A stretch of DNA of 64,000 bases, taken from the NCBI RefSeq assembly GCF_006345805.1, contig NC_043000.1, positions 83,824,001 through 83,888,000 on the forward strand, read 5' to 3'. This DNA is from Octopus sinensis. Lineage: Eukaryota. The notes under the pieces are model-generated. The model had not been told where the DNA came from, made no database searches, and saw only the letters and a list, made by a program, of their open reading frames with translations. This document shows, in pieces, positions 1 through 12,467 of this stretch. The position numbers were made by a program, and so were the translations under genes. The stretch's first letter is position 1, and every line of letters starts with the position of its first letter.

Positions 1-684
1 TTGTTTAAGTTGGTCAATGCTGCCATAACGCTTGCCTTCAGTTCATTTTTGGTGCTACAGGGAGTTTTCTTGGTCTTTCACTCAGCTGCACCCCACACAT
101 AATAATCAAGAGGATTACAGTCTGGTGAGTTAGGTGGTCAGATATTAGGGGTGATGTGGTCGCAGAAGTTGTCTAACAACCATAATTGGGTTCTCCTGCT
201 TGAGTGGCATGGTGCAGAGTCCTGTTGCTAGACATAGGGTCTTCCAGCAGCCACCCTCTTGACCCAGGGCAGCACTACCTCCTCCAAGCACTTGATGTAG
301 GCCTCCATGTTGTGTCTGAGGTTGCATGGGAAGATGAATGGAGGCATAATATTGCTATCACTAGTGATCATTCCAAACACCATAATGTTGACTGGATGTT
401 TGATTTTTATCACTCCTGGTACATATCCTCATATTGCACTGTACTCAGATTGACACCCGAACACTCTGAGATATCCATATTGGAGCTTCTGGTGCAAATG
501 CCAAGCAGTACATCATGTCATTTCCAAATTTCTGGCACAGTGAATTGAGTCATGGTGCTGTTTTTCTCACAGACAGTGCCCAACAGACCCTGCTATACTG
601 TGTAGTCAACAAAATCAAGAACAAACAATGTGCATGCACAAAATAAAAAATATAAAATGGCGACAATTTACCCATCACACCCTG
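1..684 (-). mobile_element. Tc1/mariner-superfamily DD37D (maT-type) transposon, decayed, cut by the window edge
   Basis: Minus-strand IMVFGMI...EEVVLPWVKRVAAGRPYV*QQD...PPNSPDCNPLDYYVWG, with 37 residues between the last two catalytic Asp and in-frame stops. Terminus TA|CAGGGTGTGATGGGTAAATTG at 684. Confidence 0.8.
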
Positions 685-884
685 TACATATGAACACACA
701 ACATAGTTAAATTATATGTAATTAATAAAAAACAGACAAACAAAGGAATCTCACCCACACATAAATGGAAAACAAATGCCAAGGCAGGATCAGAATATTC
801 TAGGAGTCAGTCTGTTTTGGAGATAGTATCTTGCTTTCTCTGGACTTTTTTTTTTCTGGTTTGTTATCTTTTATCTTGGCTGTT

Positions 885-1079
885 ATCTTTTATCTTTTAC
901 TTGTTTCAGTCATTAGGCTGTGGCCATGCTAGGGCACTGCCTTGAAGAAGTTTTAATTGAATGAATCGACCCCAGTACCTGTTTTGTTTGTTAAGCCTGG
1001 TACTTAGTCTATTGGTCTCTTTTGCCAAACTGCAAATTACAGGGATGTAATTATAGACACAAAGAGTCTCTCTCTCACT

Positions 1080-1110
<31 letters not shown>

Positions 1111-1243
1111 ACACAATGGGATTCTTTCAGTTTCTCTCTATCAAATTCCCTCACAAAGTCTTGGTCAACCCAAGGCTATAGTAGAAGACTAAGCTTGGAA
1201 CCTGAAACCATATGGTTGGGAAGCAAGCTCCTTACTACACAAC
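885..1243 (-). mobile_element. SINE family A copy
   Basis: Reverse complement of the 31517-31922 element with (CA)n centre. Confidence 0.8.
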
Positions 1244-3357
1244 TATTTGCTGAAGATTTCACCAAAAGTCTATTATCTCAGGGTCCTTTGAATTCACCAG
1301 TTCCATGTCTTCAGTTAACTCTTTAGCATTTACATTAGTCACAAGACCAAGAATTTGAGGAGGGATCAAATTGATTACATCAACCCCAGTACTCAACTGG
1401 AACTTATTTTATTGATTCCAAAAGGATGGAAAGCAAAGTCAACCTCAGTGGAATTTGAACTCAGAACATAAAGCCAGAAGAAATATCGCTCACCATTTTG
1501 CCTGGTGTGCTAATGATTCTGTCAATAATAATAATAACAATGATAATAATAATAATAGACAATAATAATTATAAACAATGATAGGATAAAAAAAATGAGA
1601 GAAATTTCTCAATGCTAAAAGAAATGTAAAACAAAAAAGTTTAAAGACATTAAGAGACAAAAAACAGATAACAAAATAAGCCAATATACATTAATATTCC
1701 CATCCTTAAATGCTTATAAACATTTCCTTATTTGCATTAAGATTTTATTTCTGTATTTTTCTTTTAAACTACAAGCAGCTTCTTCAAAATTGTTAACTCT
1801 AGTTGCAAGAGAGAAATAAAACAAAGAAAAACATCATTTTTTAAAAAACGTTTTCTTTTTCTTTAAATTGATATTTTTTCTTTTGATTTGAATTTTTCAG
1901 AAATATAAAAAAAAACTCAAATAGCTTTTTAATTAAAAGAATATTTAATGAAATAAAAGAACATGAAAGAGATTAAATAAAAATGATAAAATGAAATAAA
2001 TATAACCAGTGAATCTAAGAGCTGTAAACAATGGAATGGACAAAGATAGCTAACACTTAGAATCCTAGCTTTTGGCAGAAAAATGTATGAAGTAAAATTC
2101 ACCAAAGGAAACAACTTAGAAAATTCTTTAGTTCAATAAATAAGAAATTGGATTTTGCTTGGCATAAAACTCACTAAACCCCCTTTCTTTATAGCTATGA
2201 TTTATTAAAAGATAAAATGCCAAATAAATTTCATACATCATTTTACTTAGGTGGTTCTTAAGCTTGTCCTTTTCAATTTATTTGTTCTGCCATTAATCCA
2301 GTCTTCTTAAATCTATACTTTTGTTTTTTCCCTATTTCATTTTACTCATTCTTTGTGGGCACATATCCACAACACATAACCTAAGCAATCAAAACACAAA
2401 CCTAGCATTCACACTATATTAACCTTGCACTCCCAACCAACTACTATTTTTCTCTATTACATCCACCATCTGCTATATTATTCAGAGAAGACTCTAGTCA
2501 GTTTCTTATAAACATAATTCGAAGCTTCATATTATATTTCCTCAGCCTGAAGAACCACTGGATGAAACTGCTGGTTACTGTGATATTCTGATTTTCTGAA
2601 ATTTCTAAATGAAAATTATTCTTTAGAAAGTATTGAAAGTACTGAGTTCATTTTTCTTAGTGATATGCACAAAATATACTCAAAATCATCCACATTTACA
2701 CACACACACACACATGTATGTGTATAACAGGCTGTCCACTGCCACAAGCCAGCATAATACAAACCCTGTAAACTAGCAGGTAAAAGAATAATAAAAACAA
2801 GGTGGGTAGATCTTATTCCCAATCATTTTCAACAACCAACCATATGCTTTCCATTCTAAAATGATTCAGATTCTGATATTATGGGCTGTAAACAGCATAG
2901 CACATCACTCTGAAGTGAAATTATCTTTCCATATCACTTTCATTCACATCAAAGAAATTTTTGTTCAAAAAGATGATATATTTATCTGTTTCTATCACAC
3001 ATTTCTTCTTTTAGGAGAAAGATATCAAGTCTCAAGATATATTTTTTTAAAATTGATTCCTTTCAAAAAGATTAGTTTACAAGAGGAACACATTGACAAG
3101 TCATCCATCATAAGGTTGAGTGCTGGAATGCTTCAATCTAAAGGATTCTGCAAATGTTACATTAGGCTGTAATTTACTTCAAAATTATAACAAAAAAATT
3201 ACTGTAAAAATTAAATAATAGAACAGCAAAAAACCTGAATAGATAATTATACATAAAAAGAAAAAAGGTAGTGAAGTGAAAGAAGAAAGTGAAGGGAGAA
3301 GAAGAAGAAGTGAGGTAAAAACCACAGCATTAAAGGCAGATTTCATTGGTTACTTAC

Positions 3358-3486
3358 TGATAGTTGTTCATCAGTTTCACAGAGCACATCAAACAAGTGC
3401 TGCCTGATTAAGGACCAGTGATCACTGCCAATTATATCAGCTGCCATCGATACTTGCTTCAATGCTCGCATAGCTTCCCGGCGGCA
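3358..3486 (-). CDS. TBC1D32: TBC1D32 coding exon 5 (129 nt, phase 0-0); not in the supplied ORF track
   Basis: Acceptor gtatattttcag, donor TCA|gtaagt. Encodes CRREAMRALKQVSMAADIIGSDHWSLIRQHLFDVLCETDEQLS, resembling BROMI [42 protein letters not shown]. Confidence 0.85.
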
Positions 3487-4700
3487 CTGAAAATATACAT
3501 TCCAATGCACCAACAAGTGCTCATTTAGAATTTGATTTGGAGTAGCATTTTGAATAATTTTTTTTCAGATACATCTTAACAAGTTTTCTTTGCTTTTAGG
3601 TTTAAGTATTTTTTATAATCCATATTAAATTATAATTCATTAAAATGGAAGCTGAATGAAATTAGCATACATGCAGTAAGGAGATGCAGCCGGTACTCGC
3701 AATCCCCAAACCTTAACAATTAGAAAAAAGGGAATCTAATGATGACCTAGATATAGCAGTAAGCTATATCTAGGTCATCTATTTAAGTACAGCTGCAGCA
3801 TCCATGTTAGAGATACCACTTCAAAGTAACAAGTTTAGCTTGCCCAGGTGTGCAAACAGGAAGTTTTAATTAGTCATAATGGAATGTAACACACATATAA
3901 CATATATTCAAACATTTTCCCCCTATTTCTTAATTAATAAATTAAGTTTGGAAATACAGTAAATGTGCAAAATAATATTTTCTGAAGCATTTTGTAAAAT
4001 GGAATTTCAAAAGATTTGAAATGGGGCCATTAAAATTTGTGACATCTTCATAATTTGTTTTTTGCTGTTTTTTTTTGTGACACTAATAATATACAGTATG
4101 AGGATATTTTGAACCATATCTATCATCACTAACACTGCTACCAACAATATTTTTTCATTCAATTTTTCTTTTAGCAAGTGTTGGTCAAATCTGGTATCTC
4201 ATCTCAACAGTTTTAGACTGGATCTAAACATTTCTTTCAAATTTTTTAAACTCAGTCTCTCTCTACGATGCCCATCTTCAACTATCAATCAACAACACTT
4301 TTTGACTCATTTGTATGGCATACCCAAAATTTCTTGTATAACATCAGCAAATGTTTTTGCTCTCTAGTCACTTTCACCACTCCTTGTCCGTCCCCAGCCT
4401 TTCATTTAATAATGAATCTTAATGAACTTATTTTCTCCAATTGTTGTAAATCTTTTGTATTCACTGCTCATGTTTCAATGCCATAATTATATTATTTTAT
4501 GCACACCTTACAGAGTCTCTTTTTAAAATGGAGACACAAAACCTGTTGGTAACAAAGCAGAGAAATGTGTCATGTTCCTATGTATCAGGCAATGCCTGAA
4601 ACAGCAATAAACCCATGACTAATTATCTTAATCATTTAAATATAAAGGGTTACAGAATATGAAACATTGAGTTAGAGGTTGCTTATGAAGCAGAGAAATA

Positions 4701-4915
4701 TTGGTTTCCAATTTTGGCACAAGGTGAGCAGTTTTGGGAGAGGGAGTAAATCTATTAAATTGAGTCCAGTGTTCAACTGGTGCTTATTTTACTGAACCTG
4801 AAAGGATGAAAAACAAAGTCAACCCTGGTGGAATTTGAAATCAGAACATAAAGACAAATGAAATGTAGCTAAGTGTTTTGTCTAGCACCCTAACAATTCT
4901 ACCAGCTTGTCACCT
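4701..4915 (-). mobile_element. tRNA-derived SINE family B, representative with 15-bp TSD
   Basis: TGAAGCAGAGAAATA at 4686-4700 and 4916-4930. Family head AAGGTGGCGAGCTGGCAGAA, B box GAGTTCAAATTCC, core GACTTTGCCTTTCATCCTTTC. Other copies at about 1340-1522(-), 6930-7050(-), 28895-29108(-), 30345-30545(-), 34683-34885(+), 35357-35548(+), 36110-36280(+), 44075-44270(-), 60828-60952(-), 61928-62135(+), 62553-62768(-). Confidence 0.88.
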
Positions 4916-5689
4916 TGAAGCAGAGAAATACTAATATGGCTTGATTTCTTGAAGCTGTCCAAAACGTGTATTCTGGTTCTGTTGATAGTAATGAAGTGTA
5001 AGGTAATTAAGATAATTATTTGTCCTAAGTTTAAATAGTTTTCCATTTAAGGATATACAGGTATGTGGGTATTTTGAAAATATCTCATGAAGTGATGACC
5101 ATACCCTGCTGAGTTATGGGCAACCCTTCGGCAAGGCATAGCACCTGTTCAGCTACCCTGCCAGGGATATGGTGAAGTCATGGGACAGCAGCATGACAAA
5201 TTGTGAAGAGGTAGCAGAAGAGCTCAACTAAGCCAATGGTGCTTCTTAAACTGATTCTGAGCAGAAGAATCCTAGAAAATCAACAGTCCAGATCCCCAAG
5301 TTCTATCAAGAGAGTAACTGCAATGCATCCATAGAGGTGGCATCTATGGTTGTGTTATCAGCAAATGAACAATTGACTATGACTCAAGCTTCCAATTCAA
5401 ATGCATAATAATGGAATTGGTTGGCAACAGAAAATTACAGGAATCTGTGAAAGCAGTGAAAAAAAATATATAACTTGCAGAAGTAGAATCTCTGAGTAAG
5501 ACAAAAATAGATGTCATCAGCTAAGAACAAAGAGAAGAATTTTGATATTAAGAAAAGTGCTAAGGGAATTACATTTTGTAGTAGAGCCAAGTTGACAAAG
5601 AGATAGGTGAGGGAATACTTCCTTGATAAATCTGCTAAGGAAAATTTAGTAACAAGAAGAATTTTAGTCAAATGGATTTACCACAGTAT

Positions 5690-6178
5690 TAATTTTTAAA
5701 GCCTGGTGTTTATTCTATCAGTCTCTTTTGCCAAACTGCTAAGTTACAGGGATGTAAACACACCAACACCAGTTCAAAAGCAGTGGTGGGACACACACAC
5801 ACACACACACACAATGGGCTTCTTTCAGTTTCCATTTACCAAATCCACTCATAAGGCTTTCATCAATCAAGGCTATAGTAGAAGACACTTGCACAAAATG
5901 CCACACAGTAAGACTGAACCCCAGATCATATGGTTGGGAAGCAAGCTTCTTGCTATACAGCTGCACCTGTGCCTATATAGCCACACACACAATTTCCATT
6001 TACATTTTATGTACAACCTAAAAAAATCAATGAAAACACATAACATGTGCTTGCTTACCAACCACATGGTTCTGGGTTCAGTCCCACTGTGTGGCACCTT
6101 GGACAAGTGTCTTCTACTATAGCCTCGGGCCAACCTTGTGAGTGGATTTGGTAGACGGAAACTGAAAGAAGCCCACAG

Positions 6179-6180
<2 letters not shown>
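5690..6180. mobile_element. Two head-to-head SINE family A copies (5690-5975 -, 6045-6180 +)
   Basis: Both match the 31517-31922 element, in opposite orientations. Confidence 0.82.
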
Positions 6181-6210
<30 letters not shown>

Positions 6211-7769
6211 CACAACAATTGTCTCAGCTTCATTCTGCACTGCTCCCTAGTGGGTGTGGGATGATGTAATGACACCAGATGCAAGGTACAGTGAAAAAAT
6301 AGCCTCATCAGGTGACGTAGGATGCTTCAAAAGTTACCAGATTCACATTCCATTTTCACTGATAGTAAGATGCAAGCAGTTCAGACACCTTTGGTATATA
6401 TATATATCTTACATAACTGACCAAACTATCGGACTTTGTTAAACATCACTGGTCACAGTCTACTTTGCATCATTTTAGCTTCCAAATGATGCCATCCAGC
6501 TGGCAAAGTACACAGGTTAACATTCCCCCTGATTGGCAGGCTAGTCTGTTGCAGGGTTACTCATTTACAGCTGAGTGGCCTGAAGCAATGTGAAATGAAG
6601 TGTTTTGCTCAAGAACACAATATGCATCCTCATCTGGGAATCCAACCCACAATCTAGTGATCATGAGTGCAACATCCTAACAACCAGGCTATGCCTAGCC
6701 AGCAAGGTGGGATCGTTCAAAATCTAAAATGATGTAAACCACATTATGACCAGCAATGTATAACAACATCCAATAGTCTGCTCAATCATGTGATATATAT
6801 ATATGCATGCAAATGTGTTTGTTTTATGCATAGCTAGTGAGTGTAGATAGTCAGCTTCACAGAGTTATAAATGGTTTATATTCTTGTTATTGATAATACT
6901 ATGTTAATGCTCCGGACAACCCAATAATATAGGCACAAGGCCTGAAACCTTAAGGGAAGGGGCTAGTTGACTTCAGCAGGATTTGAACTCAGATTGTAAA
7001 GATCTAGAAGAAATACCACAATGCATTTTGTCTGATGGTTTACAATTCCTGAAATTCTAGGGGATGGAAACAGTCCACTGAATGGACCTATGTAATTGAC
7101 TGGGATGTATCAACCCAGGTAGAATGAAAGGTAATAAGTACTACTGATGGTAGTATTTATTACTACCATCAGTAGTACCACAAACACTGTGAGTGATATA
7201 TCAGCTTGCATTGTTATGCTGAACACTGTCAGTAGAGATAGCTTGGTGAGAGGTTGGATTCAGCAAGCTAACTTGCTCAAGAAAGACTACACAAAGCCTT
7301 CTGTTGTATTAATGTGTATGCACATGTGTGTACACACACAAGCAGTAAACATATGTGTGCTTGTGTGTGTTTGTGGAACTATTCAATGAAAACCATATTA
7401 TAAATTGACTTCAAATAAATCTTGTTGCAAGAAAACAACAGTAAATTCAACCACACAACCCCCACCACCAACCTTTTCCCTCACCAACAAAAAAAAAAAT
7501 CCTTCACATTAAATTGCATTTCTATTATGAAATTAAGTCAATCTGACTTTGGTGGTACTTAAATTTCTCCTTAATATCGTTGTTCTTTATCATCTCAGAG
7601 CACTTTAAGCGAGAAAAGAAGAGGGCAAAACATTGAACCCTACTTATTTAAAATACCTTAATTGTATTTTATTTGGCAAACTGAATGCCTTTGAAAGCTT
7701 TTAGGGTCTCGATAACTGCTTGGCTTTTTTCTTCTTTCTTTTTACTTTCTTTACAGAATCTAGTCTTAA

Positions 7770-8090
7770 CTTGTTGTTGTTTTTAGTGTAATTGTTGCTC
7801 TTCCACAAAAAGTGTGGAATTTATTCTTGTTGTAGTTGTTACTTTTCACATTATTAGTGTTACTACTGTTGTTATTGTAACTATTGTGAAAGATTGTTGT
7901 TGTTGCTGTTATTGTTGTTGATATTGTTATATGTTGTTGCTGCTGCTCTTGCTGCAAGTATTGTTGTTGCTGTTGTTGTTATGGCAATTGTTGCTGTTGA
8001 TATTGTTATTGTTGTTGTGGTGTCAATATTGCTGTTTATTGTTGTTGTGGTTGTTGCTGCCAGTATTGATACAATTGTTAATACTAATGC
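7770..8090. repeat. Degenerate (GTT/GCT)n trinucleotide tract
   Basis: Gives poly-L, poly-V and poly-Q/N ORFs. Confidence 0.9.
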
Positions 8091-8817
8091 TATTTTCAGC
8101 AGACAGTGAGATCTAATACAGAACCATACTAAATTCCTTAGATCCTATAGAGTGGCGTTAATCAAATATATTCAATGAGAATACAATATACTGAATTTCT
8201 AATAAGTGCTCTTGGTAGGGAAATGTCTAAAACATTAAAGGTATTTAGACATTTAATAAGAGCGATTATATATTATATTATAAAATAAGAGCAGGAAAAT
8301 TACATCAAAAAATCATCACATACGATATATATCCAAAATAATATTGTATTAAGAGATAGATGTATAAATATATAAAGTATGATTATTTAAAAAGTTTAAA
8401 AGTTTAAAATATCATATGATCGTTTCATGACTGTATTACCCATCGAATTGAAATCTAAAATTAATAATCATTATTAGGTAATACATCCACTCGTCAGAGA
8501 GAAAGAGGTTGAATTTCTGTGTAGTCAATGCTATTTAAGAATATATGAAAAAGATGTTGTTTAAAAAGTTACTGGCATAGATGTGTGTTAGTACAATCTT
8601 GTGCTAAAAAGTTTGAAGAGTTTACATCCATGGTAAAATCCACTGCAGTAATCCATAATGGATGTGTGTACATATAAATCCCATAATTCTGTTCTCTTCA
8701 ATGTGTGATCCATAAATGCAGAAAATAAAAGTAGTTAAATTTTTGCCTTTTATAGTTGTGTATACAAAACTGGAATATATTGTTGTTATATTTTACAATA
8801 TAATATAATATAATATA

Positions 8818-8848
<31 letters not shown>

Positions 8849-9974
8849 CACACACGCATATATATACACACACACACATGCACACATATATACATACATA
8901 ACTGCAGTCAGTCATTGTGACTATGACTGCTCGTGCCTTTGGCATGACTTGGTAAGCTTTCTCCGTATTGGTCAGTTTTTCACCTGGGTTTGCCATTTAT
9001 TATGACCAATTCCTTCAAACATCATGTTCCCTTTTGCAGTACCTTTGAATCTCAGACTAGGTCTACCTTGTTTTTTTACCCCTTGTAAGGTTGGGAGTAA
9101 AGGATTTATGTATGGGGCCCAACCAAATTTCTATCCTATGAGGATTTCCATCATAGGAAGCAGGCCAGCATATTGTAGGATCTCTTCATTCCTGATCTTG
9201 TCAATGAGAGTAATATTCATGATTTGTTGTAGCTTTCTCATCATATATACTTTTTACAGTATATTTACATTAAAAAAGATATACAGAATGCTACAGTGTG
9301 ATAAATTGTATGAAATACTGTGGATATTGCAGTTTTAGAACAGATACACCTTGCATTTCATAAGAGGCAAATGAAAAGTGTTGGCAGCAGGAAGGACACC
9401 TGGTTGTAAAACACTGATTTAGAAGTTGACAATAATGATGATGACAATGATGTTATGATGATTATGGTAAGGAGGAGTTGATATGAAATATTGTTGCTAT
9501 CAGCGAAACTACTCCATATGACATGAAAAAAAAAAAAAAAACTCACAGAAAATCACTTAATGTAGTATTTGGGAATGATAAGTTAAAAAATTTACAGAAA
9601 TATTGACTAAAATAAATGAAAACAGAACATAAACTTAAATACTACAACAAATATCTAAAATGTTACCTTATATTTTAAAACAAGACAAAAATACCCATTA
9701 CTTTTTATATTTAAAATGGTACAAATAAGAGAAAATGAGGAAATACTAAAAACAAAAGTCTTGACATTAACTTTTTAGACATTGATTAAAAAGACAACAA
9801 TATGAACAGGATATAAAAAGTTATACTTGAAAGAGAGAGAGGGGGGGGAGTAAAGAAATATGAAGAAATTGCATTCTAAGGGTAAAAGTTGTATATTTAA
9901 GTGTAGTTACATGTCTATGTGTGTGTGCATGTTTATATGTATATGTATATGTTGGAGAATTCAACACAGACACA

Positions 9975-9991
9975 CAACATATATATATGCA

Positions 9992-10039
<48 letters not shown>

Positions 10040-10431
10040 AATATATATATATATATACACACACACAAATATATATACATATATATATATATATATACAT
10101 AAATATATTGATAAAACGGTAAGATAACAAAAGAAAGAAAGAGACCTCAATATTATGTAAATAGAGGAAATTCTCTCAGAGTTTTATCTTGACTACCGAG
10201 TAATGTAACATATTGTATACATAAATATATATATGTACATATATAAATATATATCTATATACATACATACATAAATATATATATATAAATACATATCTAT
10301 ATACATACATACATAAATATATATATAGATACAATATGTATATATACATACGTACATATATATATATATATATAAATACAATATGTATATATGCATACAT
10401 ACATAAACATATATATATATATATATATATA
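9975..10431. repeat. (TA)n/(CA)n/TACA compound microsatellites
   Basis: Direct inspection. Confidence 0.9.
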
Positions 10432-12083
10432 TCATCATCATCATCATCATTTAGCATCCGTTTTCCATGCTAGCATGGGTTGGACGGTTTAACTGGGGTC
10501 TGTGAAGCCGGAAGGCTTCATCAGGCCCAGTCAGATTTGGCAGTGTTTCTACGGCTGGATGCCCTTCCTAACGCCAACCACTCCGTGAGTGTAGTGGGTG
10601 CTTTTTACGTGCCACCTGCACAGGTGCCAGACAGAGCTGGCAAACGGCCACGAACGGATGGTGTTTTTCTTTTTTTTTTTTTTCGTGCCACCAGCACGGG
10701 GGCCAGGCGGGGCTGGCAACGGACATGAATGGATGGTGCTTTTACGTGCTACCGGCACGGGGGCCAGGCGAGGCTGGCAACGGACACGAATGGATGGTGC
10801 TTTTACGTGCTACTGGCACGGGGGCCAGGCGAGGCTGGCAACGGACACCAGCAGATGGTGCTATTACGTGCCAACAGCACGAGGGCCAGGTGGGGCTGGC
10901 AACGGACACGAACGGATGGTGCTTTTACGTGCTACCAGCACGAAGGCCAGGCGAGGCTGGCAACGGGCACGAGCGGATAGTGCTTTTACGTGCCAACGGC
11001 ACGGGGGCCAGGCGAGGCTGGCAATGGACAAACGATCGGATGGTTCGCTTAACCACAGCTGCAATTTCCACTGATGTTGATTTGGTTTGATTTTGACTGT
11101 TCTCACTGGTCTTGCCGGGTCTTCTCACGCACAGCATACTTCCATAGGTCTCGGTCTCTAGTCATTTCCTTGGTGAGACCTAAAGTTCGAAGGTCGTGCT
11201 TCACCACCTCGTCCCAGGTTTTCCTGGGTCTACCTCTTCCACAGGTTCCCTCAACTGCTAGAGTGTGGCACTTTTGCACACAACTATCTTCACCCATTCT
11301 CGTCACATGCCCATACCAGCGCAGACGTCTCTCTTGCACACCACAACTGATGCTTCTTAGGTTCAACTTTTCTCTCAAGGTACTTACGCTCTGTCGATTA
11401 TGAACACCGACATTACACATCCATCGGAGCATACTGGCTTCATTTCTTGCGAGCTTACGCATATCCTCAGCAGTCACGGCCCATGTCTCACTACCATGTA
11501 GCATGGCTGTACGTACACATGCATCATACAGTCTGCCTTTTACTCTGAGCGAGAGGCCTTTTGTCACCAGCAGGGGTAAGAGCTCTCTAAACTTTGCCCA
11601 GGCTATTCTTACTCTAGCAGTTACACTTTCAGCACACCCACCCCTGCTACTGACTTGGTCACCTAGGTAGCGGAAGCTATCAACTACTTCTAGTTTTTCT
11701 CCCTGGAACATGGTAGACGTTGGTCTCTGCACATTTTCAGTGTTTATTGCTCCTGAGCATCTGCCACAGACAAAAACTATTTTCCTAGTTAGCCTTCCTT
11801 TGACATTGCTACACCTCTTATGTGTCCATAGCTTGCACTTGGTGCACCTTATAGAGTTTCTACCTACACCTTTTTTACAGATCGAGCAGGGCCATCTACC
11901 TGAAGGCGTTTGTGACTTGTCTACTTTCCTACTTATTAGGACTTTGGTTTTGGCTAGATTGATTCTGAGGCTCTTCGATTCTAGACCTTCCTTCCACACC
12001 TGAAACTTCTCCAGTTCTGATAGTGACTCAGCAATTAGAGCAAGGTCATCAGCATAGAGGAGCCCCCAGGGGCATCCTGTCTT
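10432..12083 (-). mobile_element. RTE-clade LINE, 5'-truncated, young copy: RT C-terminus, tandem-repeat 3' UTR, (TGA)n tail
   Basis: About 325 uninterrupted codons (11103-12083): LLYADDLAL, TKVL, VDSFRYLG, RRLRWYGHV, GRGRPRKTW. Tail GCTAAATGATGATG. CpGs largely retained. The first ~105 aa of the listed 430-aa ORF are microsatellite. Confidence 0.93.
10597..11041. repeat. GC-rich 61-bp minisatellite, 7 units, in the RTE 3' UTR
   Basis: Unit GGTGCTTTTACGTGCTACCGGCACGGGGGCCAGGCGAGGCTGGCAACGGACACGAATGGAT; unit starts at 10735, 10796, 10857, 10918, 10979. Confidence 0.95.
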
Positions 12084-12465
12084 ACATACATAAATATAAA
12101 TGCAATATATATATATAAATACAATATATATACATGCATACATAAATATAAATGCAATATATATATATAAATACAATATATATACATGCATACATAAATA
12201 TAAATGCAATATATATATATATAAATACAATATATATACATGCATACATAAATATAAATGCAATATATATATATAAATACAATATATATACATGCATACA
12301 TAAATATAAATACAATATATATATATAAATACAATATATATACATGCATACATAAATATAAATGCAATATATATATATAATACATATATATACATGCATA
12401 CATATAAATGCTATATATATATATATATAATATATATATATATATATACATATATATACATAAAT
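12084..12465. repeat. Higher-order AT-rich minisatellite (~54-bp unit, about 6 copies)
   Basis: TACATGCATACATAAATATAAATGCAAT(AT)nAAATACAATATATA repeated. Confidence 0.9.
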
Positions 12466-12467
12466 AT

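Noticed and set aside
686-3357. A sixth TBC1D32 coding exon
   Set aside because: No phase-0 open exon with convincing splice sites or similarity was found; it probably lies beyond the left edge.
4512-4542. 31-nt AG...GTAAG bounded segment on the minus strand
   Set aside because: It would shift the frame between two phase-0 exons, and there is no similarity support.
4931-4978. Candidate exon 4 (NQNTRFGQLQEIKPY) behind an AG on the minus strand
   Set aside because: It runs into a stop and has no phase-0 donor; 16138-16212 fits far better.
7766-8116. Hydrophobic poly-Leu/Val membrane-protein-like ORFs
   Set aside because: (GTT)n microsatellite.
10597-11041. Regularly spaced repeats with internal palindromes resembling a CRISPR array
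   Set aside because: The whole 61-bp unit is repeated with no unique spacers, it lies in a LINE 3' UTR, there are no cas genes, and the context is eukaryotic.
12084-12395. N-terminal part of the 430-aa ORF 11103-12395
   Set aside because: It is a stop-free AT minisatellite abutting the 5'-truncated RTE, not a real protein extension.
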